DNA of 64,000 nucleotides from NCBI RefSeq assembly GCF_037042905.1, contig NC_087246.1, positions 1,986,001 through 2,050,000 on the forward strand, read 5' to 3'. Shown piece by piece: positions 51,274 through 64,000 of this stretch. The number at the start of each line of letters is the position of its first letter. Positions within the stretch are counted from its first letter, which is position 1. A model generated the notes under the pieces. The model was not told the DNA's origin. It worked only from the letters and a program-made list of their open reading frames with translations, and did not search any database. A program made the translations under genes and the position numbers. Source of the DNA: Lytechinus pictus. Lineage: Eukaryota.

Positions 51274-52786
51274 CAGCGGCGTAACAGGGGTCGGTGGCCA
51301 GGGGGGGGGGGGGGGGGGTTGGCAAGAGCCAAAAATTTCCCGGTCATATCATGGTATGAACAGGTGTAATGGTGTAATGAGGCGACTATTTTGAGAAGGC
51401 CAGATATTGCGTATCAGGCATAATTTATCTTTTAAAAAAAGTTGAGAGCGAGCGAAGCGAGCGAGCAAAAATTTTGACCTTTTTAATACAAAAATCCAAT
51501 TTTGTGATAGATTTTGACATGATATCCAGAGAATAATATATTCCACTCTTCTCTCTTTAGATTCCTTTTTTGTGGTCTGTACGCCACTGTGAACAGGATT
51601 CTTTGCGGCAGTAGCGTGAAGAGTAAAAAAAAAAAAACCCGAGGGGCGCAGTATAGCACATGTGCTAAAAAGCTGCTTTATATAAGTCCCGAGCGAGCGA
51701 AGCGAGCGAGAAAAAATCACCTTTTCCTGAGAATCTAACTTTGAGCTATTTTTTATTCAGTAAATAAAATCACATCCTACACTTTTCCTTTGCCTTTCTT
51801 TCCTCCTTTTTTGTTGTTCTTGTTTGTAGAACTTTTTGAAGCCATGGCCCAACCCTTCCATACGCTCTACTGTGCGGTTGGGGTCCGGGGCGGAACCCCC
51901 GGAACTTCTTGATATCAAAGCCATTTAAACCTCGCAGATTGCCGCTATTTTAATCAAATCGCGGGCATATACAGAATATAGCTTAAATTTACACAACACA
52001 TTTATTCAACCCAGTTGCGTAATGAACCAAATATTTTGAGGGAGCAAAACATTGCAATGTGGGAAAAATTTGTAAAAAGTCACCAGCGTGCAAAGCGAGC
52101 TGGAAAAAAAATTGAAATTAAATTCTAATTATGTGAAAGATTTTTCCATTATATTCAGCAAATAACACCTTTTATTGTTTCCATTCATTTCATTATACGT
52201 TGTCTCCTATAATTTATTTTATTTCCTTTTGGGTGTGGAACCAAGACCCCCCCGCCTGTCTGCCAGTGATTGAAAGGGGGGCGTTATAGAGCCATTTGAA
52301 GTTTATAAATGAAGAGCCCCTACTGCGTGGGGTCTGGGGCAAAGCCCCGGTAGCTTATTTGCATAACATTTAGCCCCGCATTTAGCAAGCTTAAAGCACA
52401 ATGTTGTATGCAGTCCATTAGCTTTTGACTAATCACATACCTTCGTTTCCCGCAATTGTTTGCCATTTTGTCATCTTTTAATTTATTTCCCACTCTGCTA
52501 TTGCATTACATAGGCCTATTTCGGAATGATTTGCTCTTTCTCAGATGTTCTTCTTTCGTACATTTTTCCGCTTTCTTTCCTTTTCCATTTAAAAAAAGTT
52601 TTTTCTTCGTTTTCTTTTCACTTTTCCCTTTCCTTTTCCTCCTTTCCTTTTCCCCTTTCCTTCCCCTTTCCCTTTCTTTCTCCCTCTTTTTTTTCTTTTT
52701 CCCGTTTTTCTTTTATTTTCCCGGTGAAATCCGCCAGGGGGGGCAACTTGCCCCCCCTGCCCCCCCCCCCGCCTGTTACGCCACTG
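51274..52786. mobile_element. hAT-type non-autonomous element immediately 3' of the SEC14L stop
   Basis: ccagtagc|CAGCGGCGTAACAGG ... CCTGTTACGCCACTG|ccagtagc; perfect 8-bp TSD. Confidence 0.88.
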
Positions 52787-54379
52787 CCAGTAGCGTATCT
52801 TATAAACTTCGCAGACCCTTTTTGGAACGTAGAGGAGTATTGAAAATGCCCGTCAAATCACAATGGACAGATTAGAGGTCAATGTCGAAAGTTGGTGGAC
52901 TGGGACATCACATCGTCTTAGATTCGGACCGGACTGAAAATTTCAAATATGTCATTTGTTCAGAGTCCAGGACGACACTGCTGTTTTGATTCACCGATTT
53001 TCAACAAAGGCAACCTTTTAGGGCTTTTGACAAGAACTTCTATCAGCGTTATAGACAAGACCAATATGGGGAAAATTTGAGTTCACGAAGAATTTTGGGG
53101 TAAAAGTTGGGAACCGGTCTATTTCACCTAATTTGAATGTGATGAATCTGATAAGACCGGTTCCCAAGCCAATTCTGCATGTTTTTACCACCTAATTTGC
53201 ATAAACAAAATGGCTTCCAAATTGACTATTTATAATCTTATTTCTACAATATTATTTTATAATATTCGCTTTCACCGATATGGATACTGCAAAATCCTGC
53301 ATACATACCATGTACCATTCAGGAAAATTTGTTATTTCTGTTTGCGGCTAATTAATTATGCATATTTATGCATATTTTGCAAAAATGTGCTATGATTTGA
53401 TAATTACTCCTAAAAATTATTATTCTGGGTACAAATAGCATTTGTATCATTATGATAAATGTTTGGCCCTTAAATGTTATATTTAAGTCAATTTTTATAT
53501 GTATTTCATTATTCTTTGATATTTTCTTATGTTCTTGTATTTTTAACCATTTTCTTTGTATATGTTTGATATGATCTTTAGAAAAAATAATGTCAATGGC
53601 AGACAAATATTAAGCTTCAATCATTGAATCATTTGATAAACTTCTTTTGCCACAACTGTTAATTGTACTCAGGAACAAATACACACACATGCTCCCACAC
53701 CCACACCTGTATATAGAAAGTAATATACTTGCAAGGTATATTATACATGCCCAATATAAAAAACATTGATGCTGATCGTATAATCATGACAATTACCAAA
53801 TTCAATGAACCCGTAAGAAAAGAAGGGTTTAGAAGTTAAAAAATCTGTAATCATGTTGGAATTAAATTTCTTGAAATATTTATGTTAAAATGTCTTATTT
53901 ATCCTTTATAATTAGATAACAGACCCAATAATCAATTAAACGTATGATTTATGCAGTGTAGTTTATCAATCGGATATAAGTATCAGTACATTGTTAACAT
54001 CCTTGTAGCAAAATTATATCTTTGATTCGGCTACATCAGAACGGCAATCATGACAGTTAACAAAAGAACAATTTGTAATAAAGGCAAAGGGTCTGTACTA
54101 CCGGATCACTTACTCATTTTTCTGGTCATTACCGATTTATTTCCCCCCCTGAGTCAACCATCAAAGTAATAACTGAATACCACAGCTTCTATCCAATCCT
54201 TGCCATTGAAGATTCTTTGCCGAACGATACTAAATACAGAAGAGGAAATGATAGAAATAGGGGGCTAAACATAGATTAGCTCCATGGTAAAAAACAGGTT
54301 TCCAGCCCAGTCACTGCCCAATGCAGAACACATTTTCACACTGCGTCGTAAGGTTGAAAAGTGCTAGGGATGCCTGAGG

Positions 54380-55130
54380 AAGGTAAACCAGCATGGAGAC
54401 AGTTTGCAGAAGTCCAGTCTAGAGGTTATCTGGTCATGGATGATATTTTCCGCACCACCTCATGTAATACAATGTCTGATCTCAGCAATTCTATGAAGCT
54501 GGTAATATGCATATTGGCAGACATGTGATGTGTGTTTCTTCATGTTCATTGTCCTATCAAAAGACTACGCCAAGATATCTAGCCTTGTATACTGGAGATA
54601 TATAGCTTCCTCACCTATTAAGACTGGAGTAAGTTGTAGTCATAATAATTACGCATATGGAGATGACAGAACAAGATACTTCGATTTTAATCGTTAAGCT
54701 CCAGGAAGTTGACCATCATCCAACATCGAATCCTCAATGGCAGCACCAACAACAGCAGCTACACGAACCTCTGTATCTTTAACTTTTGGATCAAAAGTGA
54801 GGTATACAGCTGGATGCCATCAGCATAGAAGTGTATACCAAGACCATGTTGCCACATTATAGAGCCAAGAGGAGTGATGTACAGTTTGAAGAACACGGGA
54901 CCAAGGACAGACTCCCAAGGAACTCCATAGCAAAGGGTAGTCACAGGAGACTGCATGCCAGTGATGAATACCGCTTGTCCTCTGTTGGAAAGGTAAAGGG
55001 AAAGCCATTGGAGTGCAGAATCATCAATTCCAAAACAGACAGTCAGTCTCCCAAGAAGAATGACACGTTCAGTGGTATCAAAACCGGTTGACAAGTCAAA
55101 CATAACTTAGGCAACTGCTTTCTTCATAGA
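54380..55130 (-). pseudogene. L2/CR1-clade LINE reverse transcriptase fragment
   Basis: DLSTGFDT, ALQWLSLYLSNRGQ, GVPWESVLGPVFF.LY, FYADGIQLY (degenerate DLS.AFD / GVPQGSVLGP / YADD), then WMMVNFLELN and LGVVFD. Confidence 0.88.
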
Positions 55131-55399
55131 AAGAGATCTCCTGGCTCTACAGTCGAAGAAATTATCGACCTAGACTTTGATGGTGATATCTCAGACTCGC
55201 ATGCAGCCTATCAGAGCTGGGTAAGCTATTGGATGCTGTTGGGTTTAATACCGATCAAAAGAAGTGGATTAATAATAACCTACAGGAACACCAAACATGT
55301 CAGGAACCCACCATCCTCTAAAAGATATCTTCGTTATCAATTAGAAATAGTCTAATATCTTATGAAGATATGAAGATGTGTGAATATTAGAAGTTCGAT

Positions 55400-55960
55400 A
55401 AATGGCCAAGGGGACATTACACAGTTCACTGCGGTATTGAAAGGTGCACTCCGAGCATTTTAACACCTGAAACAAGATCTGATCAGACAGCAGAGTCTCT
55501 CTCAAGACAAAAGTTTAGGTTTTCTCTATGGATCTGTGACATGAGAATCGGACATATCTCAAGAACACAAACACGATGACTTCGATCCGAACTTCCTCCG
55601 CAGAATACTTGTACTAAATTGATTTGATTTCAACAATTAGAGATCACGTTTATAATATGAGGCTGCCCTATCAATCAAGCCATCCAATGGAACGCCAGCT
55701 CGATGATAACTGACATTGATCATTCAACACCCCGAAGGTAAAAGTGTATATCAAGCTGGGGGAAGCTGGATGCCTCTAAGTTGGATGAAGCGGCAATCCT
55801 TGATAGGACAGGTGCAGTACTGCATTGGAAAATCTATATTATGGAGATGCACATGTAATCAGTTAATGAAGTCCAATTCTCAAAATTTGTTATTAAAAGG
55901 ACATGCAGTGACTTATTCGTTGTGGAACTTTAGAACACCACAATCTGGCTTTTAAAACAT
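55400..55960 (+). pseudogene. Probable decayed 3' part of an Academ (XPG-like + Cys-rich) transposase gene
   Basis: Across frameshifts and in order: CGI(G)K, FLYG..SDISQ, ELPP, H..R(AA)YQ..I.W, GSWMPLSWM, RCTC, TCSDL. Needs several assumed indels. Confidence 0.5.
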
Positions 55961-57671
55961 GGAAAACGGTCTAATTGATAGGCAAAATGAGACATTAGAT
56001 GGTTTATTAATATGTGGGTTCAGTTCTGAGAATTTTTTTTTCAAAATTGGGACAATTTGACAAGCATAATGGAGAACACACAAGACATCTCATTTTCAGC
56101 AGACTGTTTTCTCTTCATTTTGCTAAAGAAAAACGCACTAAATATATATATATTATATACATGTATGTGTGATCAGATTCTGTTGGTCGGGGAACATAAC
56201 TACTCCAAAGGATATTAAATGCAACTGATTGACTATTAGGAGTTGAGATTTACAGTACTGTCATGATTCAAATTTAATAATCCATCATCTAAAATTGTAA
56301 ATATGAATGAATTGATTGATATCATAATTCAAAAAAACATTCTACGTGTATAATCAAAATTTGAGCAATTAATAGTGACAATCGCTTGAATACAGATAGG
56401 TTCATGAAATTCGTTGGATCACCACCAGTGTGCTTTTAAATGGGAAGGCCCTCCCTGCAGGAATTTACCTTTGTATGCAGATGTGAGTGTGGGAGTCGGT
56501 GCATCTGTTAATGCCCATGGATATACACGAATACAAACATGTAAAAATCATTGAAACTAATCATTGTCTGCCATTGATAATCAATACTTTGACAGATCCC
56601 ATAACAAAACATGCACGAAACAAAAGGTACAAAATACAAAGAAATACATAAGAAATACAAAAACAATAAAATACATTAACATTCACTGTGATATTTTATT
56701 ATAGGGGCCGTACAATTATTCATAATGATGCAAATGCTATTTGTACCAAAAATATAAACATTTGAGCTGAAATTATCAAATTAAAACATAATGATCCAAA
56801 ATATGCATAAATTTGCATAATTAATTAGCCGGAAACAAAAATAACAAATTTTCCCGAAAGGTACACGTATGTATGCAGGATTTTGCAGTATTCATGTCTG
56901 TGAAAGCGAATATAATTAAAGAACATTGTCGAAATGATATTCTGAATTGTCAATTTGGCAGCCATTTTGTTTATGCAAATAAGGTGGTCAAAACATGAGA
57001 AATTAGCTTGGGGACCGATCCTATCAGATTCAGCATATTTGAATTGTGTGAAATAGTCCGGTTCCCAACTTTTACCCCAAAATGCTTCTTAAAGTTTATA
57101 CAGGCCTCTTTTTCCAGAATGGCTCTAGTCTATTATAGAAAGCGTGTGCAAAGGGATTGCTAAAATGCCCTAGTGTTTTGGCTATAGCATGGACCTACTA
57201 TAGATATAGTCACACTAACGAAACCGAATCAAAACCGATTGGTAATACAATACCTTGCGTTAAAGATGTAGAAAAAAAAAAGGAAATTGGAAGAGGAAAA
57301 AAATATGTAAATTTCAAATTGGCAATCTAATGAGTAGATTGTGTGTCTTGTGGCATGGTCTAGTAGTATCCATGCTTTTGATATCGGGACAATTCTTTAT
57401 TTGCTATTTGTGATTTTCTTATATCTTATCTTATATATTGATGATTATTCTAATTTTCTGGTAATATCACATTTTCTTTTCTGTTTCTCTTTTTAGTAAA
57501 CATCCCCTGGATAAGGTCAAATAGGGTATTAAAACAACTACAGTTATTCTGCCACTTTTCTTTTACCCTGCCAGTGGGTGTACAAGTTCTACATGTTTTA
57601 TATTATCTTTGTACATTATTCTGTTGTATGCTATTGTATTATTCTTTCGTAACATTCTCTATTTACCTAAA

Positions 57672-57810
57672 TGAATAATAATAATAATAATAGTCATGAT
57701 GATGATGATGATAATAGTAATGATAATAATGATAATACTACTACTACTATTACTACTAATGATGATAATAATGATAATAACATGAATATCAATAATAATT
57801 ATTATGATGA
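57672..57810. repeat. (AAT)n/(GAT)n/(TAC)n compound microsatellite
   Basis: Direct reading. Confidence 0.85.
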
Positions 57811-58512
57811 AAATATAATTATCATTGTCATTTTTTCGGTGGTATCATAATGAATGCCGTTATCATAATTATTTATTTATTTGTTTGTTTATCATTATAA
57901 GAATTCTGTCTAGACGTGAGGGCAAATATTTCCAATGAATTTACCGTGTATCTTTTACGACAACTTGTGATTTGCATAGGATTTATTTTTAACATCATTG
58001 AATCTTGGCTTAACCGTATACACCAATTCAATCACATTCAAATAGCCGTTTGCTTTCTATTTTACGAGGATTATGTTCTTAGTATGTGTTTTCATATTTT
58101 AATTTGTATTTGGAAAAAGACGAAATTTTATTCAAAAGGTTGTTTCATTGCAAAAAGAGTAACTTTCAGACAACGGCAAACTGTGTACTAAAAACATGAA
58201 AAAATATTGATTGTACATGTCACCAATGCTTCTTGCCTGGGCTATAAAATAGAGTCTGTCCAAGAAACAAAAATATGACGGTTTCGAGTGCTAAATTATT
58301 AGAAAATTAACTCATCTTATCGATCTCGAAATGCAAGTCATGCATGCAGCTGCAACGCCTGGACTAAATGTTACCCAAATTATCAAAGGGGTACTCCAAG
58401 CTTAAAAATCGTAAATAAATTGATTAAGATTCACGGAGCAATGCGCTTAAAATTTCAACAAAACATGAAAACAAAATACTAAGATATTGATTTTAGAAAT
58501 GTTAGCAATATA

Positions 58513-59332
58513 CAGTGCGTCCCAGAAAAAACGAAACCGAGATTTAGCGATGATTTATCATAACTTAATCACAAATACAATAGACAAATGACCTACCAAT
58601 GTAAAGCTTAGAATCTCCTCTTTCATCTGATATTACTTAGATTATTCCTCATTCACGCATGAGTGAGCAAAAACAATTTGAAGAAAGGATACCAAAAACT
58701 CATTTGGCGGGGGGTATCTGAATTTTAAAAAGAAAATCACATGCTTAAAAAGTTCAATATCTGCTCTTTAATTTGATACCTTAATCACAAAAAATGGTCA
58801 AGAAATAAAAATGTTACATTCCCTCGAAACAATGCTTGTATTTCCATAATTTCATTAAATAAACGTGTTTTCACCGGTTTCCCACAGAAGCTATCGCATG
58901 GTTAACAAAAGACTTCATGCATGGCTGATCGTCAACAGAACGGAGTGTCGAGTGAGTTTGAACGCTAGCCTGTAAAACCTCTTCATTTCATGAAATTATT
59001 GAAATTCAAGCCTTATTTCAAATAACCAGAACTTTCTTATTTTTTGACCATTTTCTGTAATTGAGGTATCAAATTAAAGAGCAGATATTGAACTTTTTAG
59101 AAATGTGGTTTTCTTTTTGAAACCCAGATACAGCCCGCCAAATGACTTGTTGGTATCCCCTCTTCAAATTGTTTTTGCTCACTCATGCGTGAATGAGAAA
59201 TAATCTTAATAATTTCAGATGAAAGAGGAGATTCTAAGCTTTACAATGGTAGGTCATTTGTCTATTGTATTTGTGATTAAGTTATGATAAATCATCGCTA
59301 AATCTCGGTTTCGTTTTTTCTGGGACGCACTG
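58513..59332. mobile_element. Tc1/mariner-type MITE with ~290-bp TIRs
   Basis: ta|CAGTGCGTCCCAGAAAAAACG ... CGTTTTTTCTGGGACGCACTG|ta. Confidence 0.92.
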
Positions 59333-60631
59333 TATTGTAAAAACAGTTATGTACACGTCGTTTCATTAGGTTGGCTGATGATGTCATGTCCTCATTTTCC
59401 TTTTTTCTTATGTTATTACATGAAGTTTATCCCCCACTTTTCTTCTTCATTGTTTCCTTTCCTCATCTTATTTGTATGTCTCTTTCTTATCTGTCGGTCT
59501 TGTATGATTCGTGAGTATATGATTTGGTGTTTACTTTATTTTTTTTCAAATCCCTTCTTTTCTTTTATGTGTGATGCTAAGCTCCTAATTACCTCACATC
59601 ATAATATATAACCTAAGTAGTTGAAGTAATTAAGGATTAGCTTTTACTTTGTATTTCCTTCACAGATAAACAAATATTGGTTTATTTTCATGACACGTGA
59701 CTGTGATATAGCTAAAATACCCTTAGAAATATTTATATACTATTGTGCCACACAGAATTTGGGTATAACAAGCATGACAAAATGGACTATATTCCACTGA
59801 CAAGATCTGCTTTTATAGGTCTCTTCATCTTTCTTTCGTAATAATTCTTCTTAAAAAATGTTTCATGTTCATTGTTGTTATATTGGCATGTAGTGATTGC
59901 ATGGAGGAAATAAAAGAAAGATAAATAAATGAAATGAACAGAAATTGTGATCTATAACTGAAATTCGTTTGTTGGTTCCTCTACCTAGTATGTACGGTTA
60001 ACCATCTCGCGCACAATGTGAGGGACCTGTTCCATAGACATATATCCCCCAAAATGGAGGTTTCCTATATTGTTTGAAAATTGATATGGCGTTGATTATT
60101 AGATTATGCTTATTACTGTCAAAACTTAAATCCATTACATATCTATATTTTGATAAAAATGTTGTTTTAATGGGTAAAATCAAGAATTGATTTTAGAGGA
60201 TATATGTTCAGAGTATTTAACGGTTTCATTCCAACGCTTATCTAGTTAAAGGCAAGCTGATTGGTCATTACTTCCATGTACAGAGACACTCCCATGCACG
60301 GTCTAAATTCACACGATCCATTCGTTGGATGATAAAGAAATAATACAAGGGTAATACCCTGGAGAAACATGAATAACTCTTAAGGTCTGTTCCATGATAT
60401 TTTACCATGCCTATTCTCCATAGGCAATTACCCTAATTGTCTGTGCAGTGAAACCTTTTTTTTTTCTTGTCAAATTTGTCGGGACTGAAATAACTTTCGT
60501 TTTGTATTGAGAACCTTTTATTTCTTGCTTGTCAAATTTCTAAATAACCTTAGATTTGTATTGAGAACATTTCCTTGTCAAATTTACATCAGCCCCCCCC
60601 AGTAAAAAATCGATACCAGGGCCTTGCATTT

Positions 60632-60915
60632 CACTAGGGTATTTTGGCAATACCTTTGGCTTCGCAGACTTATTCTATAACGCAGAGATTCTTTTGTCAA
60701 AAGCTCTTCATAGGAAAGTATAACCTCTGTCGAAAACTGGTGAATCAAAACAGCAGTGTCGTCCTGGACATATTTGTATTTTTTGTCCGGTTCCGAATCT
60801 TAGGGCGATGTGCTGTCCTGGTTCACCATCTTTCGACAATGACCTCTAATCTGCCGATCGTGATTGGACGGACATTTTCAATAGATTATGAACGTTGCGG
60901 AAAGCGTCTGCGAAG
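60632..60915 (-). repeat. Uninterrupted copy of the dispersed repeat that is split by A3 at 52807-53051/57133-57175
   Basis: Reverse complement aligns continuously across the A3 insertion point. Confidence 0.8.
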
Positions 60916-61146
60916 CGGATGCTAAAATATGCCAGTACCGTCATAATCATCGACCGGTTATCGACAAGTTTGCACACGAACCGCACATTTACAGCCCCAG
61001 TTGCACCAATCATCGCTCGGGACCCCTTTACTTTGAGTATGAACGAAAACAACACATACCCTTGCTCTGTTCATTTCAGTTATCAATTGACTCAGGCAGA
61101 TTAACCTGCAATAAGTTATTTCGCGTGTCTGACAGTGAGAATCATT

Positions 61147-61330
61147 ATGGATTTTAAAAGGCTTGCGATATTTGTCATTCTGCTTTCAGGATTGATAATT
61201 TGCACGATTAACATAATTGAAGATGATTACTATTTATCAGGAATTAAAACCATCAGAGATAAAGTGAAGCACAAGGTTAAAAACGACCTCATCACTATTC
61301 TAAACACAGAATGGCATGCAACTGAAGCAG
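61147..61330 (+). CDS. Probable first coding exon of a type II membrane (Golgi enzyme-like) protein
   Basis: MDFKR + hydrophobic LAIFVILLSGLIICTINII + charged stem, ending GCAG|gtaaag (phase 1); no downstream exon recognised in the window. Confidence 0.55.
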
Positions 61331-61523
61331 GTAAAGAAAACATTTCTTATCTCAATCTACAATCTTTTCTCATTTTCGGTTCATATTGCTCGAAATAAAA
61401 TGAAAAGCATTTACTTTACAAACTTTCACAAATAATGTCTAATCATTTTTTCGCAAACTTAATGACGAATGATCGGGTTACTTTTATACATTATCGGAGA
61501 AAATGAAAACGTTTTATATATTT

Positions 61524-61639
61524 CAGAGGCGGCGGAACATCAGGCTCGGACAAAGAAAGTGGAGGGGCACCTTTTGTCTGCCATACAATAGGTGCCCCTC
61601 CACTTTTGTTGTATGAGCCTGATGTGGCGCCGCCTCCGA
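61524..61639. repeat. ~115-bp imperfect palindrome (miniature TIR element)
   Basis: GAGGCGGCG..ACATCAGGCTC..AAAGTGGAGGGGCACCT mirrored by AGGTGCCCCTCCACTTT..GAGCCTGATGT..CGCCGCCTC. Confidence 0.75.
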
Positions 61640-64000
61640 TATAATTTTTGTATTCATCAATTTATTTCCATTTTTTGGTAATTATCTTTTTTTGGCAAAA
61701 ACGAATGGTTAGATTTGAATTGAATATCTCTTGTAAAGCAGATCATATACTGTAAATTGTAAATACACAAACCAAGTGTATTTAGTGAGCCATAATGTTA
61801 AGATATACAAGCGAAATGAACGAAAATAAGGTCAAGCCACTCATCCGGGGGCTTTACTATATGCCGCACGTTAAGTTTCTCACCTACTAGTATTTGATTT
61901 GATTTGATCAATTTATTTATTAACGGTAAAACCATATTCATTTACTAGGATGGTTTACAAACAAAAGGGCCTTGCAAAAGAAAAAAAAATGCAGGGAAAC
62001 AATGAAAAAGAACTCAATGAAATAGAATTACCGATGACACAATGGATAAAGAAAACAAAAAGTAGAATCAAATTGTATACAATCCATGCAAAAAAAAATA
62101 TATATAATTTGTTACTATATTGTAATGTATCAATAATTATTATAAACACAAACATAAAGTAATATTTGTCATAATGGATCATAATTTACTAAAAATGTTT
62201 TATCTAATCCAAAGGTCGTTTGATATAGCGCCTTTTCCTTTCAGTTACAAAGCGCTGCGCACACACTACTCCATGTTTGGGTCAATAAAACAATAACTAA
62301 ACACCTCAGAATGGTCAGCTTAGTCCATGCAATTCATTGTCCTCTTTAGCAAAATAGATGGGTGTGGCTGTAGTGAGGTCGATAAACAAAAGACAAGCGT
62401 AACAAAGGCCTCTACAGGATTTCGTTGTTTTAATATGTCAATCCGATATCAAATGCGTACAATCAATCCAATCGAATTGGTCTTAAATCTATTAGTGTTT
62501 TTAATCCGTTGATTGTTTTAATCCAATTCGTCCTTTTAATCCAGTTTGAACCAATTAGTACGTTCAATCCTTTGATCAATTTAATCCTTTTGAACCAATT
62601 AGTTCCTTTAATCCGTGAAAACTGTGGAATCAATGATAAAGAAAAAGGAATCATAAATACCAGCAAAATGAAACATCTTAAGTTACCAATAGAGTAACAT
62701 CAATTCTTTGGAAACCTGAATAGCCTTGTCTCAACTAAATTCTATCCACTGTACATGTTATTTTTACTCATTATAGGTTTGCTTGAACTACATGTACAAA
62801 CAGAAATTAGTTTTGCTCTCATTACAATTATAAGAATGCAAGAATAAATCAACAATCATTCTTTATATATCATAGAATAAATGTGGTACAAAATGTAGTT
62901 TCATGTAATAACTAATCAGTCTTATTTGATTACAAGGGGATGCAATGAGCCTGGTATAGCTTGTACATACATTATACATACACATTATCATTTGTCATTA
63001 TGAACCAAGAAAAAGATCTCTAAAATTTCACTTTATGCTTAGACCATAATAAAAAATACATAACATAAAACATTAACTAACCTCTTTGCTTGCTTTCTCG
63101 AGTAAATTAAATGTCTTCTGAGCCAGGATGTTTCTGATTTTGAAGGGCAAAATCCTGGTCCCTCACACAACCCAATGTCCAAAAATCAAATGCACTGTCA
63201 TGGTGCTATGTAAGTGTACTCATTGACTAAGGGAGTGCTAGATACAAATGTGTTAATCAGGTAGTGCAATAGTGAAAGTATATATACAAAAAGTGCAAAA
63301 TCACTTCTGCGCTAATTTTGGTGTGCTAATTTATAAATTTAGATGTACTTTCATCACATGGCTCCTTTAAATTAAATATTAATTTACCACAAGAAAACAT
63401 CCGCAATGAATAAATCTAAATTTAAGTACTTTATAGACTACATACATGTATACTTCTTAAAGATAATTTTACGCTACTAGACTAAGTACACATGAACGTT
63501 TCCTCGAAAATTTTCACTAATCACATTTCCTGGCTGTGTAATCATACCGTTAACCATAAGATGATACTATATACAAATGATGAGAAACTCAAACTACATC
63601 TTTCAAAACATGATTAAGAAACATCGATATCGCAAAATGTCATATTTGAATTCTAACAGTAATTTACGAGCGTAAATCCAATTCAAAGGTATCGTAGTAC
63701 TTGAAAGGCTTTCAATGTAAAACAACAAAAATTACTTTTTTCCAGCATTTCACCTTTCCTTTTTTTGGGGGGTATATAGATAAAAACATTAAGTTCACAC
63801 AATCTCAACCTTCAGAAATTTGACCATTTCAGGAAGTCAATAAGTATTCATAATCAAGAAACAAGTCATTTTAGGTAAAATATGAACTTAACCTCTAATC
63901 TAGTCCCTTTCCTCTATTTTCATGGAATATTTATCTAAACCAAGAAAAAAGGCTTTTGCCAAAAAGGAAGATAAGCGTCGTTTTAAATTTTATAGTCTTA

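Larger units (their letters stand above)
53052..57132. mobile_element. Older Academ-like element (A3), ~570-bp diverged TIRs, with LINE fragment and probable transposase remnant
   Basis: tta|TAGACAAGACC ... GGCTCTAGTCTA|tta (3-bp TSD); the empty site is present in the paralogous repeat at 60632-60915(-). Confidence 0.85.

Overview
AT-rich, intron- and repeat-dense animal genomic DNA; the repeat repertoire looks echinoderm (sea-urchin)-like, which is inference only. Host genes on the + strand: the last three coding exons of a WSCD-family sulfotransferase (9286-21934); a complete 12-exon SEC14L2/3/4-like CRAL-TRIO+GOLD lipid-binding protein gene (36728-51228, 446 aa when spliced); and the probable first exon of a type II membrane protein (61147-61330). 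The rest is nested transposons: a nearly intact Neptune-type Penelope-like retroelement (RT+GIY-YIG, one nonsense codon, hammerhead-like motif), a truncated second Penelope with inverted terminal repeats, three long-TIR TAG...CTA elements with 3-4 bp TSDs (Academ-like; two carry retroelement cargo and one has probable transposase remnants), and MITEs of hAT, Tc1/mariner, Kolobok, PIF/Harbinger and IS3EU type. The most unusual object is a non-coding 3016-bp foldback (18164-21179) with two almost identical 1294-bp arms, TG...CA ends and a 5-bp TSD, i.e. an integrase-type signature on an inverted-repeat element. An intronic inverted repeat also brackets SEC14L exon 10. Identities are by-eye estimates; no database searches were run.
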